DNA of 64,000 nt. Origin: Cenococcum geophilum (Eukaryota). Positions 38,001 to 52,600 of the stretch are shown here, one piece after another. The position numbers and the translations under genes are program-made. The stretch is from assembly GCA_050273025.1 (NCBI GenBank), contig CP158636.1, positions 8,246,001-8,310,000 of the forward strand. The letters run 5' to 3'. Position 1 is the first letter of the stretch; each line of letters begins with the position of its first letter. The notes beneath the pieces are model-generated. The model did not search any database and was not told where the DNA came from. It worked only from the letters and a program-made list of their open reading frames with translations.

Positions 38001-41000
38001 TAAGACTCTTACCTAAATAAGTAAAGCTAAGGTTTTTATAAAGCTTAATATCCGCTAGGCCTTTTACTAAATTAGGATAAACCCTAGGTCTAAGGATCTT
38101 ACTATATTCTAAACCCGTTACGGGACGTATAAATATAAGGTACTTCCTTTTAGACTAACTAACGGACTAGCTACATACTAGCGGTATATAAACAATATAC
38201 TCTTTAACTACCTTAATAACTTCTATACGGCCTATCTAGATAATATTATAATTTATTTAAAGAATAAACTAAAATACAAGGAGCATATCTATAAAGTCCT
38301 ATAACAGCTCCGCAAAGCTGGCCTCTAGGCCGATATTAAAAAGTTAGAATTTAGTGTTAAGCGTATAAAGTACCTAAGTTTTATTATTAGTATGGACGGA
38401 ATTAAGGCCAACCTAGAGAAAACAACTATAATTAACTAGTGGACGCCCCCTCGGACTATAAAGGGGGTGTAATTATTTTTAGGTTTCTATAACTTCTACT
38501 AATACTTTATTAAGAACTATAGCAGGATCGCCTAGCCTCTTAACCGCCTTACTAGGAAAGACCAGCCCTTTTACTTTAATACTATATATATATAGGCCTT
38601 TAATAAGCTTAAAAAACGGCTAGTATTAGCCCCTTTACTTACCTACTTTAACCTAGAACGGCCCTTAATGCTAGAAACTAATACCTTAGACGGCGTAATA
38701 GCCAGTATTTTTTCTCAGAAGTAACCGGACGGAGAATAATACCCTATTGTATACTATTTAAAGACTATAATAGATGCTAAACTAAACTACCACATCTATA
38801 ATAAAGAAATGCTGGCTATTATCTCTAGCTTTTAGCACTAGTGTATATAGCTAGAGGGGACCCCTAAACCTATTAAAGTAGTATTAAATTATAAGGCCCT
38901 AGAATACTTTATAATAACTAAGGCCCTTATAGCCCGGCAGGCACGCTAGGTAGATGTCCTATCTTAGTTTAACTTCTTAATTATATATAGACTAGGCGCT
39001 ATAAACTATGCGGATACTCTTACTAGGCGTAAATAAGACCTAGGTAACTATACGGCTGCGAAGATCTTATTATAGACCTAGACGCTACTATAACTAGAGT
39101 ACCTTAACCCCCGGATATAAGCAGAACTAAGTATAGACCCCTTAGGCGCCGAGATATATCCTATTAACCCTTTAGGACTTAACTTAATTAACAAATTGCT
39201 ATAAATAAACCGTACGGCCCCTTCTCTATAGGAGTACTATAAAAAGGCAAAGAACGTTACCAGCCTATAGTTCCTCGAAAATAAATTACTTAAGTATTAA
39301 GAACGGCTAGTAGTGGTAGAGGAACAGAACTTACGGACTTGGCTTATTGCTAAAGCATATACCTAGGTTTTTATAGCCTACCCTAAAAAGAATAAGACCT
39401 ATAGGATTATTGGCAACCGCTACTACTAGCCTAGAATAGTTATGGATATCGACCGCTATATATAGAACTGCAACGACTACTATAGGTCTATAATCCCATA
39501 AAATAAGACCCTAGGACTATTAAAACCCCTCTTAATACCTAACCGCCCTTAGTAATATATCTCTATAGCTTTTATAAGCTACCTTTAGACCGTGATGGAT
39601 ATAATATAGTTATAATCCTAGTTAACTACTTCGGTAAGCGCCCGTTTTTAATTCCCTATTATAAGAATATTGATGCTAAAAAGGCAGCCTAACTATATAT
39701 CTACTACGTCTACCAAATTTACGGACTACTAGACACTATTATATCTAACTATAGGCCGCAGTTTATATTAGCCTTTTAGAATAAGTTTACCTAGATCCTA
39801 GGCATTAAGCTAAAGCTTTTTACGGTATATTACCCTTAGATAGACGGTTAAATAGAGATTATAAATTAATACTTAGACTAGAGACTTTGGCCTTTTATTA
39901 ACTACTTCTAGGATAACTGGGCCGAACTATTACCCTTAATAGACTACGTCTAAGCAACCTTATCCTATAACTCTACCGGATTTGCCCCTATTTAACTAGA
40001 AATAGGTTACCTACCCTATATAAGCTTTAACTGGGAAAGACTAAAAGGGCCCTAGACTATACACAAAAAACTATCTTATAAGGAAGCCTAGCAGTACGCT
40101 AAGCGCTTAGAAGAAGCCTAAAAAGTAGCCTATACAAACCTAGAAAAGGCCTAAAAATTAATAAAATAGTAGGCAAATAAGCATAGGCGCGAGCCTAACT
40201 TTACTATAGGCGATATAGTCTAAGTTATAATAAAGAACTAAAAGATAGAACGGCCTAGCCGTAAGCTAGACTATAAGATGGTAGGACTGTATAAGATTCT
40301 TAATAAAGTAGGCAACTCGTATAAGGTTAAGCTCCTAAACTTAATTAAAGTCCACCCTATTTTCTTACCGGATAAGCTACGGAAAGCTATAAATAACCTA
40401 CTGCCTGGATAAAAGAATAAACCTCCCCTACTAATTTAAGTTAACGATAATAATAAATGGGAAATTAAAGAAATACTAGCCTATAAACTTGTAAAGGGAA
40501 CGTTAAAGTATTATATTAGTTAGAAAGGATATAACCTAGACCCCACTTAGTACCCTATATAGAACTTTATAGGTAGCCCCTATAAGCTTTAGGAGTTTTA
40601 TAGCCGTTACCCTAATAAACCCGGATCGCTAAAGTACCTAGATAAGTAGATAGAATGCTAGTATAATAAAAATAATAAGCTACTAGAAGAATATAAGGAT
40701 AAAAACACCCTAAAAATTTCTTAGTTATGTAAGGTATTAAGATATCTAGGAACTTTAACCGGCGGTTAAAGTTATCTAATTAGTTAGATTCTTTTACTAA
40801 GACTTTTAGCGGCAAAGCCTAAGGGTAGGCTTTTTTAGAGGGGGGGGTAATATTACGGCACTAGCAGAACTTAGCAAAACTACGCACCGGCAAGTTGCTA
40901 TAGATTGCCGCATATTGCGGTCACGTAACACGAAGATCATATATAGCTTCAAGCGGCACTCCCCTTCTTCTCCTTTCCTTTCTTTAGCTTTAGATTCTCG

Positions 41001-41077
41001 TTTATAGACAATCCAATTATACAGGCTTGCACGTCCCTCATACCGTGCTCATACCTCGATTGACTAAGTCGCTAACA
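35057..41077 (+). mobile_element. Ty3/Gypsy chromovirus copy 1, full length, RIP-mutated
   Basis: 227-bp LTRs at 35057-35283 and 40851-41077; TSD TCTTT; PPT AGAGGGGGGGG. Order gag, PR, RT (YLDD-derived, about 38235), RH, IN, chromodomain (about 40450-40600). Confidence 0.96.
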
Positions 41078-42942
41078 TCTTTAAAGGGCCATCTTTAACA
41101 AAGTTAAGGCGGGGCTTATAGATATAGCACTTGCTGCACTTAATTACAGTAGGATCTGCTATATTTAGAACGTATATAGTAGTATTAATTAAGGTGTTAA
41201 CAAAGGAAGGTATAATACTATTATCTTATAAATCCGACGCTTTGTAGAAGATTTTAGGTGACTTGGGGCAATATATAGGCCGCACGCTAACTTCTGCGAA
41301 CTCCTAGACCAATTAGAACCATAAACTAGTTTTAGCCCCCTACGTACCCCTTATTACTAGCAATCTTCTATAGAGCGTCTAAGAGCTTATAGGAGTCTCT
41401 TTAGTAATAACTAAATATTTTAGATTGTGTATTTTAGCTTTAACTGGCTCTACAGAGGCCCTATTAACAGTTATTATCACTTTATTTAATGCATTTTAAT
41501 CTTTAGGTAATAACCTTTAATTCTATACGTATAAATACTAATTATAATATATTTAGAGGCACGAGATATAGCGCGTAAAACCTTAAACGCGTTTTTAAAA
41601 CGCATCTTTATACCACCTACGGACGTTCTACCTACTATTATCCACACTATAACCATATTACGTCTATTTTTTATTATAAGTCGATTCCTATAACCTTCTA
41701 TAAACTTCTATAAACTCCTACAAACTCCTAGGTTAACCAGAACGCTTATATGCGGGACACTAGGATATATTACCCTACTATATACACCTATTACTGGCTA
41801 GAATACTACTAGGCTATATTCTTACTAACTCCTATAAACTCCTATAAACTCCTGTGAACTCCTATAAACTCCTAGGCCAATTAAATGCCGCCTAACCGCG
41901 ATTGTAGGAAGAAATGGTATAAGGGCGGCTGGTGGAAGGCGGGGATAGGTGGGGCAGAAGCTTATCTACGCCTAATATTGTAACCAAGTCGTATTGCAGC
42001 AATTGATTAAATAGATCTAGAAGAATTGCCGTCTATTATTTAGGAAGCTTAGTATAAGGGAAATGTTCCTTTATAGACGAATGTTTTAAAAAAATGTCTT
42101 AAATAAATACTCCAGCATATAAACCTAGGAGGCCGCCCTTAGACCCCTTATCCGGAGCAGGTGCGCACCTTAAGATGTTTAATATTTGGTTTTAGTAATA
42201 TACTTCTTATTGTACGCACCGGTTTTGGAAAGAGTCTTATTTTTTATACTTTTTTAATCTTAATGGGCAAGATTACTATCTAGTTGGTCCTATTAAGTAA
42301 GCTTGGGGATAAGCAGTTAGATAATATCCGGAAGCTTAATGGTTCTAATCTATATCTTATTACTGCTAAGAATAGGATTATAGATAAGGCCTTAATTGTA
42401 AAGGTAAAGGATGGTGTGTATATATACGTTCTTTTTAGTCCTAAGTAGGCCTTATTAAAGTCTTTCCGGGCTGCGTTAAAGAGCCCAGAACTATAGGCTA
42501 GGATTAGACTTATTATAATTAATAAGTGTTATCTAGTAAAGTAATAGGAAACGTTTTAACTAGCGTTTACTATAATAGGCGAGCTACGGATAATTCTTTG
42601 TTAGGATGTAGTTTGGTTTAGTTGTTCGGCTATACTTAATAAGGAGGTAGAGCAACTAGTTCTTTAGAACGCCGGTTTTTGCTCTATTAGTAGTTGTATA
42701 TACCAGACTGAGGTTATTAGGACTTCTGTAAATCGCCCCGATGTCTTAATCTACGTACTGCCGCTTGGTAGAGGTAAGGTGGATTTATAGGACGTACTAT
42801 ACTTCCTATTAGATATGTGTATAGATTTAGATACCGCAGTTTTAGAGCAAATACCAAAGACGATTGTCTTTATAGACAGTCGTTGGTCTGTTTAGGAAGC
42901 AGCGGTATACTTTTAAAGAGTACTCCTTATAAAGACTTTAAC

Positions 42943-45900
42943 TGTCGGAACATTAATTACGTGACGTAGTCATGGGACTACGAAGTGAGACTAACTGTCT
43001 GACCTTGGAGCAACCCCTTTCTTCTAGACAACAATCAACTACTAACTTCAACACCGCATACGTACCACTACAAGTGATATTCGTGCACGTTAATAAAGAG
43101 AGTTATACCGATACTGATTAGTAGATATATAGATTAGGAAATACGCAATAGCTAGCGCTTAAGAAGTAGTACTAGAAATAGGTTACGATTGCCTAGTTCT
43201 TGTTTGTTTTATTAAAGGAGAAAGCTATATTACCCTTAAAGCTTAAGACCACGTATTAACTTAACTGCTAACGCGTTAGATCGCCTAGAGAATTATATCT
43301 TTATTTAGAGAAGATTACGACCTCCCTTAAGCTTAAGAGAATTTGTACTAGCTTTACAGCTAATATAACAGATCGCTAAGAGAATAGCAATCTTGCTAAG
43401 AATACTTTATAGGCCTAACGGCTGTAGAGAACGTACACACTACCCTCGACCTTAACCTTAACTTAACCTTAACCTCAACCCTTAACCTTAACCTTAACCT
43501 CAAACCTTAAATCTCGAACCTTAAACCTTTACAACCTCTACTTAAACGCACACTGCTTTACACTATAATGGAGTGGTAAGAAAAGATATTAAAGCATAGT
43601 AATAGAATTACTGCTACTATAGCTTTTAAAGATGAGCTAGGAGACTATATAGTAATAAAGGTCTACGTACACACATAGGAGAACTTTATAGACTATATAC
43701 TATAGATAGTATTTAAGGAGGAATTTAAAGGCTTTACTACTGAGGATTTTAAACGTATGCGAACTAATATAAAAGCAAAGTTACGTATTTATCTACTTAA
43801 GAGAGGAGTATATGTTGGAAAGCACAATAACAGATATTTAATCTTAGAAGCACTATTCGACCTCCTCTAAGAAGAAGAGTTTCACAAATAGATAGACGAA
43901 GAGATTGGTCTAGCCCTTAATGATATTAAGCCAATAATTACTATAGCTCTATAAGACCAACTTAATTTAACCTTAGATAAGCTTGCTATAGCTCTACCGG
44001 CGTTAACACCTTTCTATAGTCCCTTACTAGCTATATAAGTATCACCAGCTCTTCTACCAGCTATTCTAACCGCTATACCGCCAACTACTCCGATTGCTAC
44101 ACCACCAGCTACTCCGATTGCTGTACCGCTAGCTACTTTAATCACTACCCCTGCTATCTCTGCTACCCCTCCCGGTCCTTAATCCTCTAATTATAACTAA
44201 ATCCACACTCTTATTAACTAATTGCTATAGTTACAGCAACTATAGTAGCCGCAACAGCTACCTATATATACACTACCTGAACTAGTTATGCTTAGTGTAG
44301 AGTAAGGACCTAGGCAAGGGCCTGGATATAGTAAAGAGGTAGCTATAATTGTAAAGATCTATATAGACGACCAAAAGTACAATGGAGTTAGTGACAGCTT
44401 TAACTTTAAGTTAACTATCTTCTACAACATCTGTAAGAGATCTGGCTTGCCACCAGAAGGCTACACAGTAGCATTCCCTAGCATGCTAAAAGGGCTTGCT
44501 CAGGACTACTACTATAATAGTAACCTTGAGTTAAGACCTTTTACGGAAGCCTATAACTATATATAACAGTTTTTTAAAGGGCTAGAATACTACCGCAAGA
44601 ACCTTATAGAGTGGAATAGTATAACCCTTTAAGAAGTTATAGACGAGAACCCTAATAAGTTAATCTATTAGAACTTCCAACTGCTTATAGATAAACTGCT
44701 AAAGTAACGTTATAAACTACACCCAGACCTCTATATAAACCGCATTCTTATAAATAAGCTAGTTACTGCTTACTAGGGAGTACTAGTATGCCGTATTGCT
44801 GTCTCCAACCCTTTAGAAGACCTCTCTTAGTTAATTAGTAAACTATAATCCTCTATTGTTGCATGGGAAAAAGAATACCCCCTATAGGCCTTAATAAGAT
44901 CGTCTTACTAAGCTTTTTTTTTACGGATTAACGCTACTACTGAAATAACCAGAATTAAGACCGAAACACTAACCGCTATAGTAGCAATCGCCCCTATAGA
45001 ACTAACGGCAGACTAAAGGCTAAGTGCTACGTCTGTAAGAAGGAGGACTGCTGTTTATAGAAATATATAGAGGAGGAGCGTAATCGGTCTAGAGACGATT
45101 ATAAGAGACGCTTTACTAATATTAAGGGCCATAATAAGGGTAACTTTGACAACTACTTTAAGCAATACGTCGCTGCTTGCGAAAAAGATAAAGACGATAA
45201 TTTAGACTTTGAAGCCTATATATAAGACGCTAAAGACGCTAATAACTTTAGGAACGATGCCGGAGAACCTAATAATAGTTCTGCCTATATTACCACCTTT
45301 AGAATACTTACCATAGAGAAAGCAATCTCTATAAGCGTAGAGCTAGCCAATAAGGCTTATATATACTTGCTTATGGCTTTAGAACTTACTATAGAGTTTA
45401 CTACAGAACCTTATACGGAGACCAACCTATTTACCTATAGTACGGCTACAACTATAGCGTTACGATACACCTTAACGGTCTTTATGGGAATTATAATTAA
45501 TATAGGTGCTTCGCGTAAGTCTACGGCTGGCTATAGCTAATTCCAAGCTCTATAGGCCGTAGATAAGTCCGTAAGTCTTAATATGTTAACTAAGGGTTAA
45601 GTAACTGTCCAATTCGGAATCGGAGCATTTACGTCTATCGGAACTATAGACGTCAACAGCCCTATAGGTAAGGTATAATTCCATATCGTTAAAGCAGATA
45701 CCCCTTTTCTACTTTGCTTAGTAGATATGGATAGACTTTATATTAAATACGATAACCTAAAGGACGTTATTATCACTCGCACTAAAAGGGTGCTAGTAGT
45801 TAAACGATTTAGCTACCTATTTCTCTTATAGAGCTTCTCCTTATAGTCCTATTTAGTTAAGTCTTTTAATATAAACCCTTACTACTTAACTAACGTGGAA

Positions 45901-48900
45901 CTACGACGTCTATACCGTCGATTTAGTTACCTATTAGTTAATAGACTATAAAAGCTTCTTAATAAGGCTGGCCACGGCTATAACACTAATAGATCTGCTA
46001 TTAAAGAGCTAACCAAACTCTGCTACTATTACTAGAAGTATAGCAGATCTCTAGGTAGATTTCGCTTCACCCTATAAGACGACGTTAATTTTAATTATAA
46101 TATTATTGTTAACATTATATATATTAGCGGCTCCCCCCTATTACACGTAGTTAACAAAGCAACTCGATTTTAAGCTGGCAGATGGCTATAAGATATTAGC
46201 GCTAAGCACACTTAGGACATTCTACGGATGTGCTAGATTAATAGCTACTTAAGACCACTAAACCTAATTACTATAGACACTAGAAAGAACTTTATTAGCA
46301 AGGAGTTTAAGCACTACGCTGCTACCATGGGAGTAACTATAAAGTTAGTTTTAGTTAAATTACATAATTCTATTGGAATAGTAGAGCGCTACCACGGTCC
46401 GCTACAACGAGCCTACTAAATCATTATAACTAAAATCCCTAAAATTAGTAAGGAGATAGCCCTATAAATGGCCTTTAAAGCTATTAATAACACGGCTAGC
46501 CTAGAAGGCCTAATCCCTATACTCCTAGTCTTTAGAGTCTACCCCTAAATAGTTAAATCGGACGCGCTATTACCTTTAGTTATACAGCAAGCTGCGGCTA
46601 TTAAGAAAGCAATAATAGAAATCTAGAAGCTATAAGCTAAACGATAGATTGCTAATACTCTTAATATGCAAAACGGACCACGAACTAACGCCATTTACGG
46701 CCTCCCACCTAGTTCGCCTGTCTTAGTTTAGAAAGAAGGCAATACTGGCCAGAGTGGTTATTGGGATGGGCTATATACGCTACTTACCGTTAACGGTAAG
46801 ACCTATACCGTAAAGCTACTAAATAGGCCTATAACCTTCTGCTCTATAGTTGTAAAACCTTACTTACTAGACCTATAAGACCTAGTTAAACCACGAGAGT
46901 CTGTTAAATTAGCTAAACTAGTACCTTTACTAGCTAAACCTTAATCGTTACCTAAAGCCGAACTATAGCTATCGCCAAAGCGAGGCAGAGGTTGCCCCCA
47001 TAAATACCTATTACTTACGGCTATCGCAGACACGGCTACTATAGACGCTATAATAGATATAGGTGCCTTTACGGGTGATATTGTAGATATTGCTAATATC
47101 GCTATCTACTTATAGAACGATAATAACACCTAATTTAGCGCTTTACGACAAAAGGAGGTTACAGGCCTACTTAAAAAAGGCGTCTTTAAGATTATTAAGC
47201 TATATAATATGCTAAAGGGGGTTAGATTCTTTAACTTACGGTTTATTAACGAGATTAAGAATAAGGAAACCGATAGAGCCTTTAAGAAATTATAACTTAT
47301 TATATAGGCCTATAATAATTTGGAGAAAGAGCTAGTTCTTACTTAGTTACTAATAATTTAACGGGTTAGCCAGCGGCTGATTCTCTGTATCGCTACTATG
47401 CTACCATAGATATAACTCTACCTCTAAGACATCTTATAAGCCTACGTCCAGTCTACTACGAACCTAAACCGCGAGTTCTACGTATAACCACTATATAAGC
47501 TAAATAAACAATTAGGAATTAATACGGACTCCGTTCTAAAGGTTATAAAGCCACTTTATAGAGTACCTAAAGCTAGAAACTACTAGTTTAAGACCTACTA
47601 TTTACACTATGTTAATTAGCTGTAAATGGACCAGTTTATATACAACCCTTACTTGCTTTATAGCGATAAGCCTTTTAGAATCGTTAGCCTACAGACTAAT
47701 AATATACTATTTCTCGCAGATAATACCTTTATAGAGGCTAAACAAAGCGAACTATATAAGGCTAAATTTATAGCTAAGGAGCGAGAGTAATTAACCGCTA
47801 ATATACTAATTAAGTTTAATGGAGGACTTATTTAATTAATATAAGATAGGAGTATTACGCTAACATAAAAACGCCAGTATAAGAACCTTAGTGTGGTTAA
47901 TACTACACTAGTAGATAGCACTAGCTCTAGAGGAGTTACGCGTGGCCTACTTACGCTAAAGGACTAGTATATCGCTTAACACGCTAGAGGAGCCTATATT
48001 GCCTTAGTCTGTTAGCTAGAGGCCTTATTTAACCTATCCTTTACTACCTAGGTAATTAACCTAGTTAAAGATAATATAAAGAGTTTTAATAAGTAATTAA
48101 GCTGGTAGATTAAGAACGTAAATAAAGGCCTAAAGTTTGTTAAGCTAGACGTTAATACCTTATAACTCCTAGTATTTACAGACGCTTCCTTCGCCAATAA
48201 TAAGGACTTATCTTCGCAAATTGGCTACGTACTTATACTAGCAAACGCCTTAAATAAGGCAAATATTGTTTATTAGTCCTTAATTAAGTGCAAAAGAGTT
48301 ACTAGGAGTGTATTAGCCTTAAAGTTATGTAACCGACTACCGACACTGTGCTGAGACACAAGATCACCGCTTGGAAGGCTCCAAGACTGCGTCAACGCCA
48401 CCCTATATATTGATCGCAGATCAATATTGCTTACAGATCACCGTTCCCATTTCAGTTGCCTATCACCTTTTTATGTCTTATTTCCTCCACCTTCTTCGTG
48501 TATATATAGAGGCTTTAGAGCTGCATTTACAATCAAGTCGTTCATTTAATTCTTTACACTGCAAAGCTTATAAGTTATATGGTATAGTATATAGTTTTAA
48601 TATAGGCGCTGTAATTAAATCTACGCTAAACAAGGTCTTATAGGTTAACTTACTACTTATTCTCTATACTAATTTAAAGTCTTTATATAACTGTCTTATC
48701 CGACTAAAAACTACGTAAAAGAAACGCTTAATAATTAATGTAATATGCCTTCGCCAAGCTTATAAACGAAGACAGATTACTAAAATTAAGTGAATTAATA
48801 GAGATACTAACCCTGCGGATGCTATAATAAAGGGTAAGCCCTATACGGCACTATTATAGCTTATTAACACGAATTAAGTCGAATTATAGGCTATAGGGTA

Positions 48901-49343
48901 GGTTAAGCGAACGGATTTGACTTTAGTTTAGCGTTAGCGCTAGTACTAAGCGAGCTAATAGCAATTTTCTATCCCGGGGATGGAAAATCCTAATTAGTTG
49001 GCAGAAGTTAGGTTCGGCAGAATTTGGCAGAATTCGGTATTATAGCAGAATTTGGCAGAATTTGGTAATATGGCAGAATTTGGCAGAAAGTCGCTATTGC
49101 GTATACGTTACGAGTAGTCTAAAAGACTTAACTTTGGAGTGTAGATTAGCCTTCTTTTTAGAGTTGCTCTAGTGTTGGAATATTAATTACGTGATATAGT
49201 TACGGGACTACGAAGCGAGACTAACTGTCTGACCTTGGAGTAACCCCTTTCTTTTAGACAACAATTAACTACCAACTTTAACACCGCATACGTACCACTA
49301 TAAGTGATATTCGTGCACGTTGATAAAGAGAGTTATACTGATA
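42943..49343 (+). mobile_element. Copia LTR retrotransposon B, full length, RIP-mutated
   Basis: LTRs at 42943-43113 and 49173-49343 (same family as A); TSD TTAAC. Order gag with Zn knuckle, PR (IDTGAS), LHRRFGH, IN, RT (KPLYG, QTDD), RH. Confidence 0.96.
48328..48572 (+). mobile_element. Solo LTR (TGTAACCGACTACCG family), copy 3, inserted in the Copia B RNase H
   Basis: Same termini as copies 1 and 2 (final ttaca changed to ttata); TSD AGTTA. Confidence 0.9.
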
Positions 49344-49669
49344 TTAACCTTTATACCTAATAAACAGTATACTATAAATGCTGATGGTAAAGCCTATTAC
49401 GTTACTAATGTAGTCTAGGTGTATACTGTATATATTTAAGAGTATAATCGTACTACTTAATATAAAGAGTTTAAGAAATCCTTATCGTCTATAAGGATTA
49501 TAGTGGTAACAACCTCTCTTAATATAGGTATTAATGTCCTGGATATTAAATAGGTAGCGCTTTAAAAGTTTCTAATTACAAAGAGTTTTATAAATCATTA
49601 GTAGCGTCTTAGTCGCGGTAGATGGGGCTATGGTTAAACTAGTAAAGGTTATATATTTCTGCTGTATTA

Positions 49670-52600
49670 TATTACGGCACTGGCAGAACTTGGCAGAACT
49701 ACGCACCGGCAAGTTGCCACAGATTGCCGCATATTGCGGTCACGTGACGCGAAGATCGTATATAGCTTCGAGCGGCGCTCCCCTTCTTCTCCTTTCCTTT
49801 CTTTAGCTTTAGATTCTCGTTTATAGACAATCTAATCGTACAGGCTTGCGCGACCATTTTGCCGTACTTATGTCTTGATTGACTAAGTCGCTAACATTAT
49901 CTAAAGCTCACTCTACTCTTTCTTCCTAAGAAGGAACTTAAATATATCTACAAGAACACAGAACAGGACCCTAAAGACATTACTAGGACTATAAGGACAG
50001 GACCTAAAAGAAAAGAACAGAACCCTAAAGAAAGGACCTATAAGACACGCACAGACCAGAACCCCTAAAGAAATTACCCGGAATTACCTAACACCCCTAC
50101 CACTATGCCACAAACCATAGCAGTAGGTAAAGCAGCTGTAGGACCCTTAAATACTTTAGACAAAGAAACAATTAACGTTTTAACCCCCTAGGCGGAGCTT
50201 GCGGCTGCTAATACCAAAATTAAACAATTGCGAGAGCTGCTTAAAGCCAGAGATACCCCTATATCTAATAATAAGTTATTATTAAACAATTAAAGACTTA
50301 CTATAGTCCTTTAGGCCCTATCCTAGCGCCTTAGTAGATCTACTAAGGCCTATATAGCACTAAAGCGGTTAGCAAAGGTTGCGGACCCTCTACTACTTAT
50401 AGACGGAACTAACCCTATATTTAATAATTAGAAGCTCTAATTACGGGATAAGCTTAAAGTTAATATAGACTACTTTCCTAACGCCCGAGCCAGAATAGCC
50501 TACGTCTTTGGCCGTACTGGCGGAGACGCCTAGACGCATTTACGCCCGCGATACACTAAAGACTTAGCAGACCCCTTTATCTCTAAAGAAGAAATAATTA
50601 AACACTTATCTTCTATTTATAAGGACCCTTTTAAAGTATAAAACGCCCGCCTTAGCTATAAAAGCCTAAATATAAAAACAATAGAGACCTTTTTAGCCTT
50701 TTAAACCCGCTTTCTATACCTAGCCGGATAGGCCTAGATCCCCTAAAAAGACCTACTACTAGACCTCTTTAATAAGCTTACCCTAGACCTATAGCGGGCC
50801 GTATTACTAGCTTATACTACGGTATAGACGTTAAAGGAACTTATAGATTATTGCCTAGCTATTAACTAAGGCCTCTATTAAATTAAGGCACGCGTTAATT
50901 AGCTAAAAACTAGAAACCTTGCAAACTAGGCTATAAGTACTATAAGTACGGCCCGTAGTGCCCTGGCATAATTGGCAACTCCTACAGCCAACCTAGTAGC
51001 TAGCCGCGCAGCTACCCCTACTGCGGGCCCGGTGTATACCCGGCCTATATACAGTGACCCCTATATATAGGCCCTTAGCGATTAAGGAGCTTGCTTTTCG
51101 TGCGGTTAAATAGGCCACCCTATAAGAAACTGCCTAATAAAGGTAAGGATAAATGAGGTCCTGTTAATTTAGGAAAATAGTATAAAGCTGGAAAAAGAGA
51201 AACCCTAGAGGAAGACTCCTCTCTAGGGTTAAAAGGGATTAATATGTCACATATTAATCTAGGTCGGCTAGTTAGTAGAAGAAGCTGCACTATCCCTTAT
51301 ACTTTATTTTGTAATAGATATTAAGTTTTAACCTTTACTTTAGCTAACTTAGGAGTAAATACCTTTACCTTAATTAACATAAAGTGCGCTGCAAAACTGG
51401 CTGACTTTTTAAATGTACCCTTTAAAGAACTGCCCAAACTAATCCCTATTTGCGGTTATAACGGATAGATAGGGCTACCTATTATAACTATTTTATAGAT
51501 CTACCTCCGTATTAACAGACGAAGGTAGTATAATGTCCCCTTTCTCATTACGGACTTAGGAAGCCACGATATAATTTTAAAAAGAAAATGGCTAGCCTAT
51601 TTAGGCTTATAGCTCGAAGTACGGAGTAGACGGCTTATCTAGCCTAAAACTCTACCCCCGACCCCTTCCTTTATAAAAAAAATCAGTATTATAATAGAAA
51701 ACCTTATACGGCCCTAGATTAATACTATTTACTAGGCCGATGCTATACGCAAAGACTAGGCCTTTAAGAAGGACGTATAGCTTAACCCGCAACGGATCTA
51801 TATATTATGCCGCCCCCAGACTATTTATATTACGCCACCCGTACTAAAGACCTAGAAAGTCAGTAGTGACCTAGCTAAGTTCCCTATAGAGAACCCTATA
51901 AAGCTATAAAGGAAAGCTAGGGATATTAGACGCCATACTAAACTAATAGATAGAAAGGATAACTTACGGAAAATGGAACGTAAGCTAAAGAAGACTATAA
52001 ACCCTATACCGCAAACTACGGCCTAACGGACGCTAAAGAAACCTATAGACCTCCTACTAGTTAATGTCTGCTATATTAGCGCTATAGGATTCTACTAGAA
52101 CCTAGTTTAGCCTAATACTATTACTTTTATAACTAGCTTATATAAAATTAACTAAATAATTAAGGAAAAGGAAAGTAAGCTTAGTAGATAGGAAAGCGGG
52201 CTTACGGATAAAGAACTAGTAGAGTAAAAACTGCCTAATTAACACCAGAAATTTAAGGATATATTCTCTAAGGTAGCGTCTAATATACTTCCACCCTACT
52301 AACTATATAACTATAAGATTAAGATTAAGCAAGATAAGGAAAGCACCCTTAGCTTTAGCCCTCTCTACCTATAGTCTATTGCCGAATTATAGGCTATAAA
52401 GTAGTACCTTATTAATAACCTAAATAAGGGCTTTATTAAGCCTAGCTAAGCCCCTTTTAATTTACCTATTTTCTTTATTAAAAAGCTAAATAGAGGACTG
52501 CGCTTTTATATTAACTACTGTAAGCTAAATAATATAACCCGCAAGGACCGCTACCCGCTACCCTTACTTAATAAGACTCTTACCTAAATAAGTAGAGCTA

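Larger units (their letters stand above)
24158..41275 (-). mobile_element. Helitron-like element (about 8 kb without the two large LTR inserts); both ends tentative
   Basis: Contains the Rep and PIF1 pseudo-ORF. A GC hairpin CCAGGGGG-aga-CCCCCTGG at 24158-24176 is the candidate 3' end. The 5' end is unresolved somewhere between 41083 and 41275. Confidence 0.7.
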
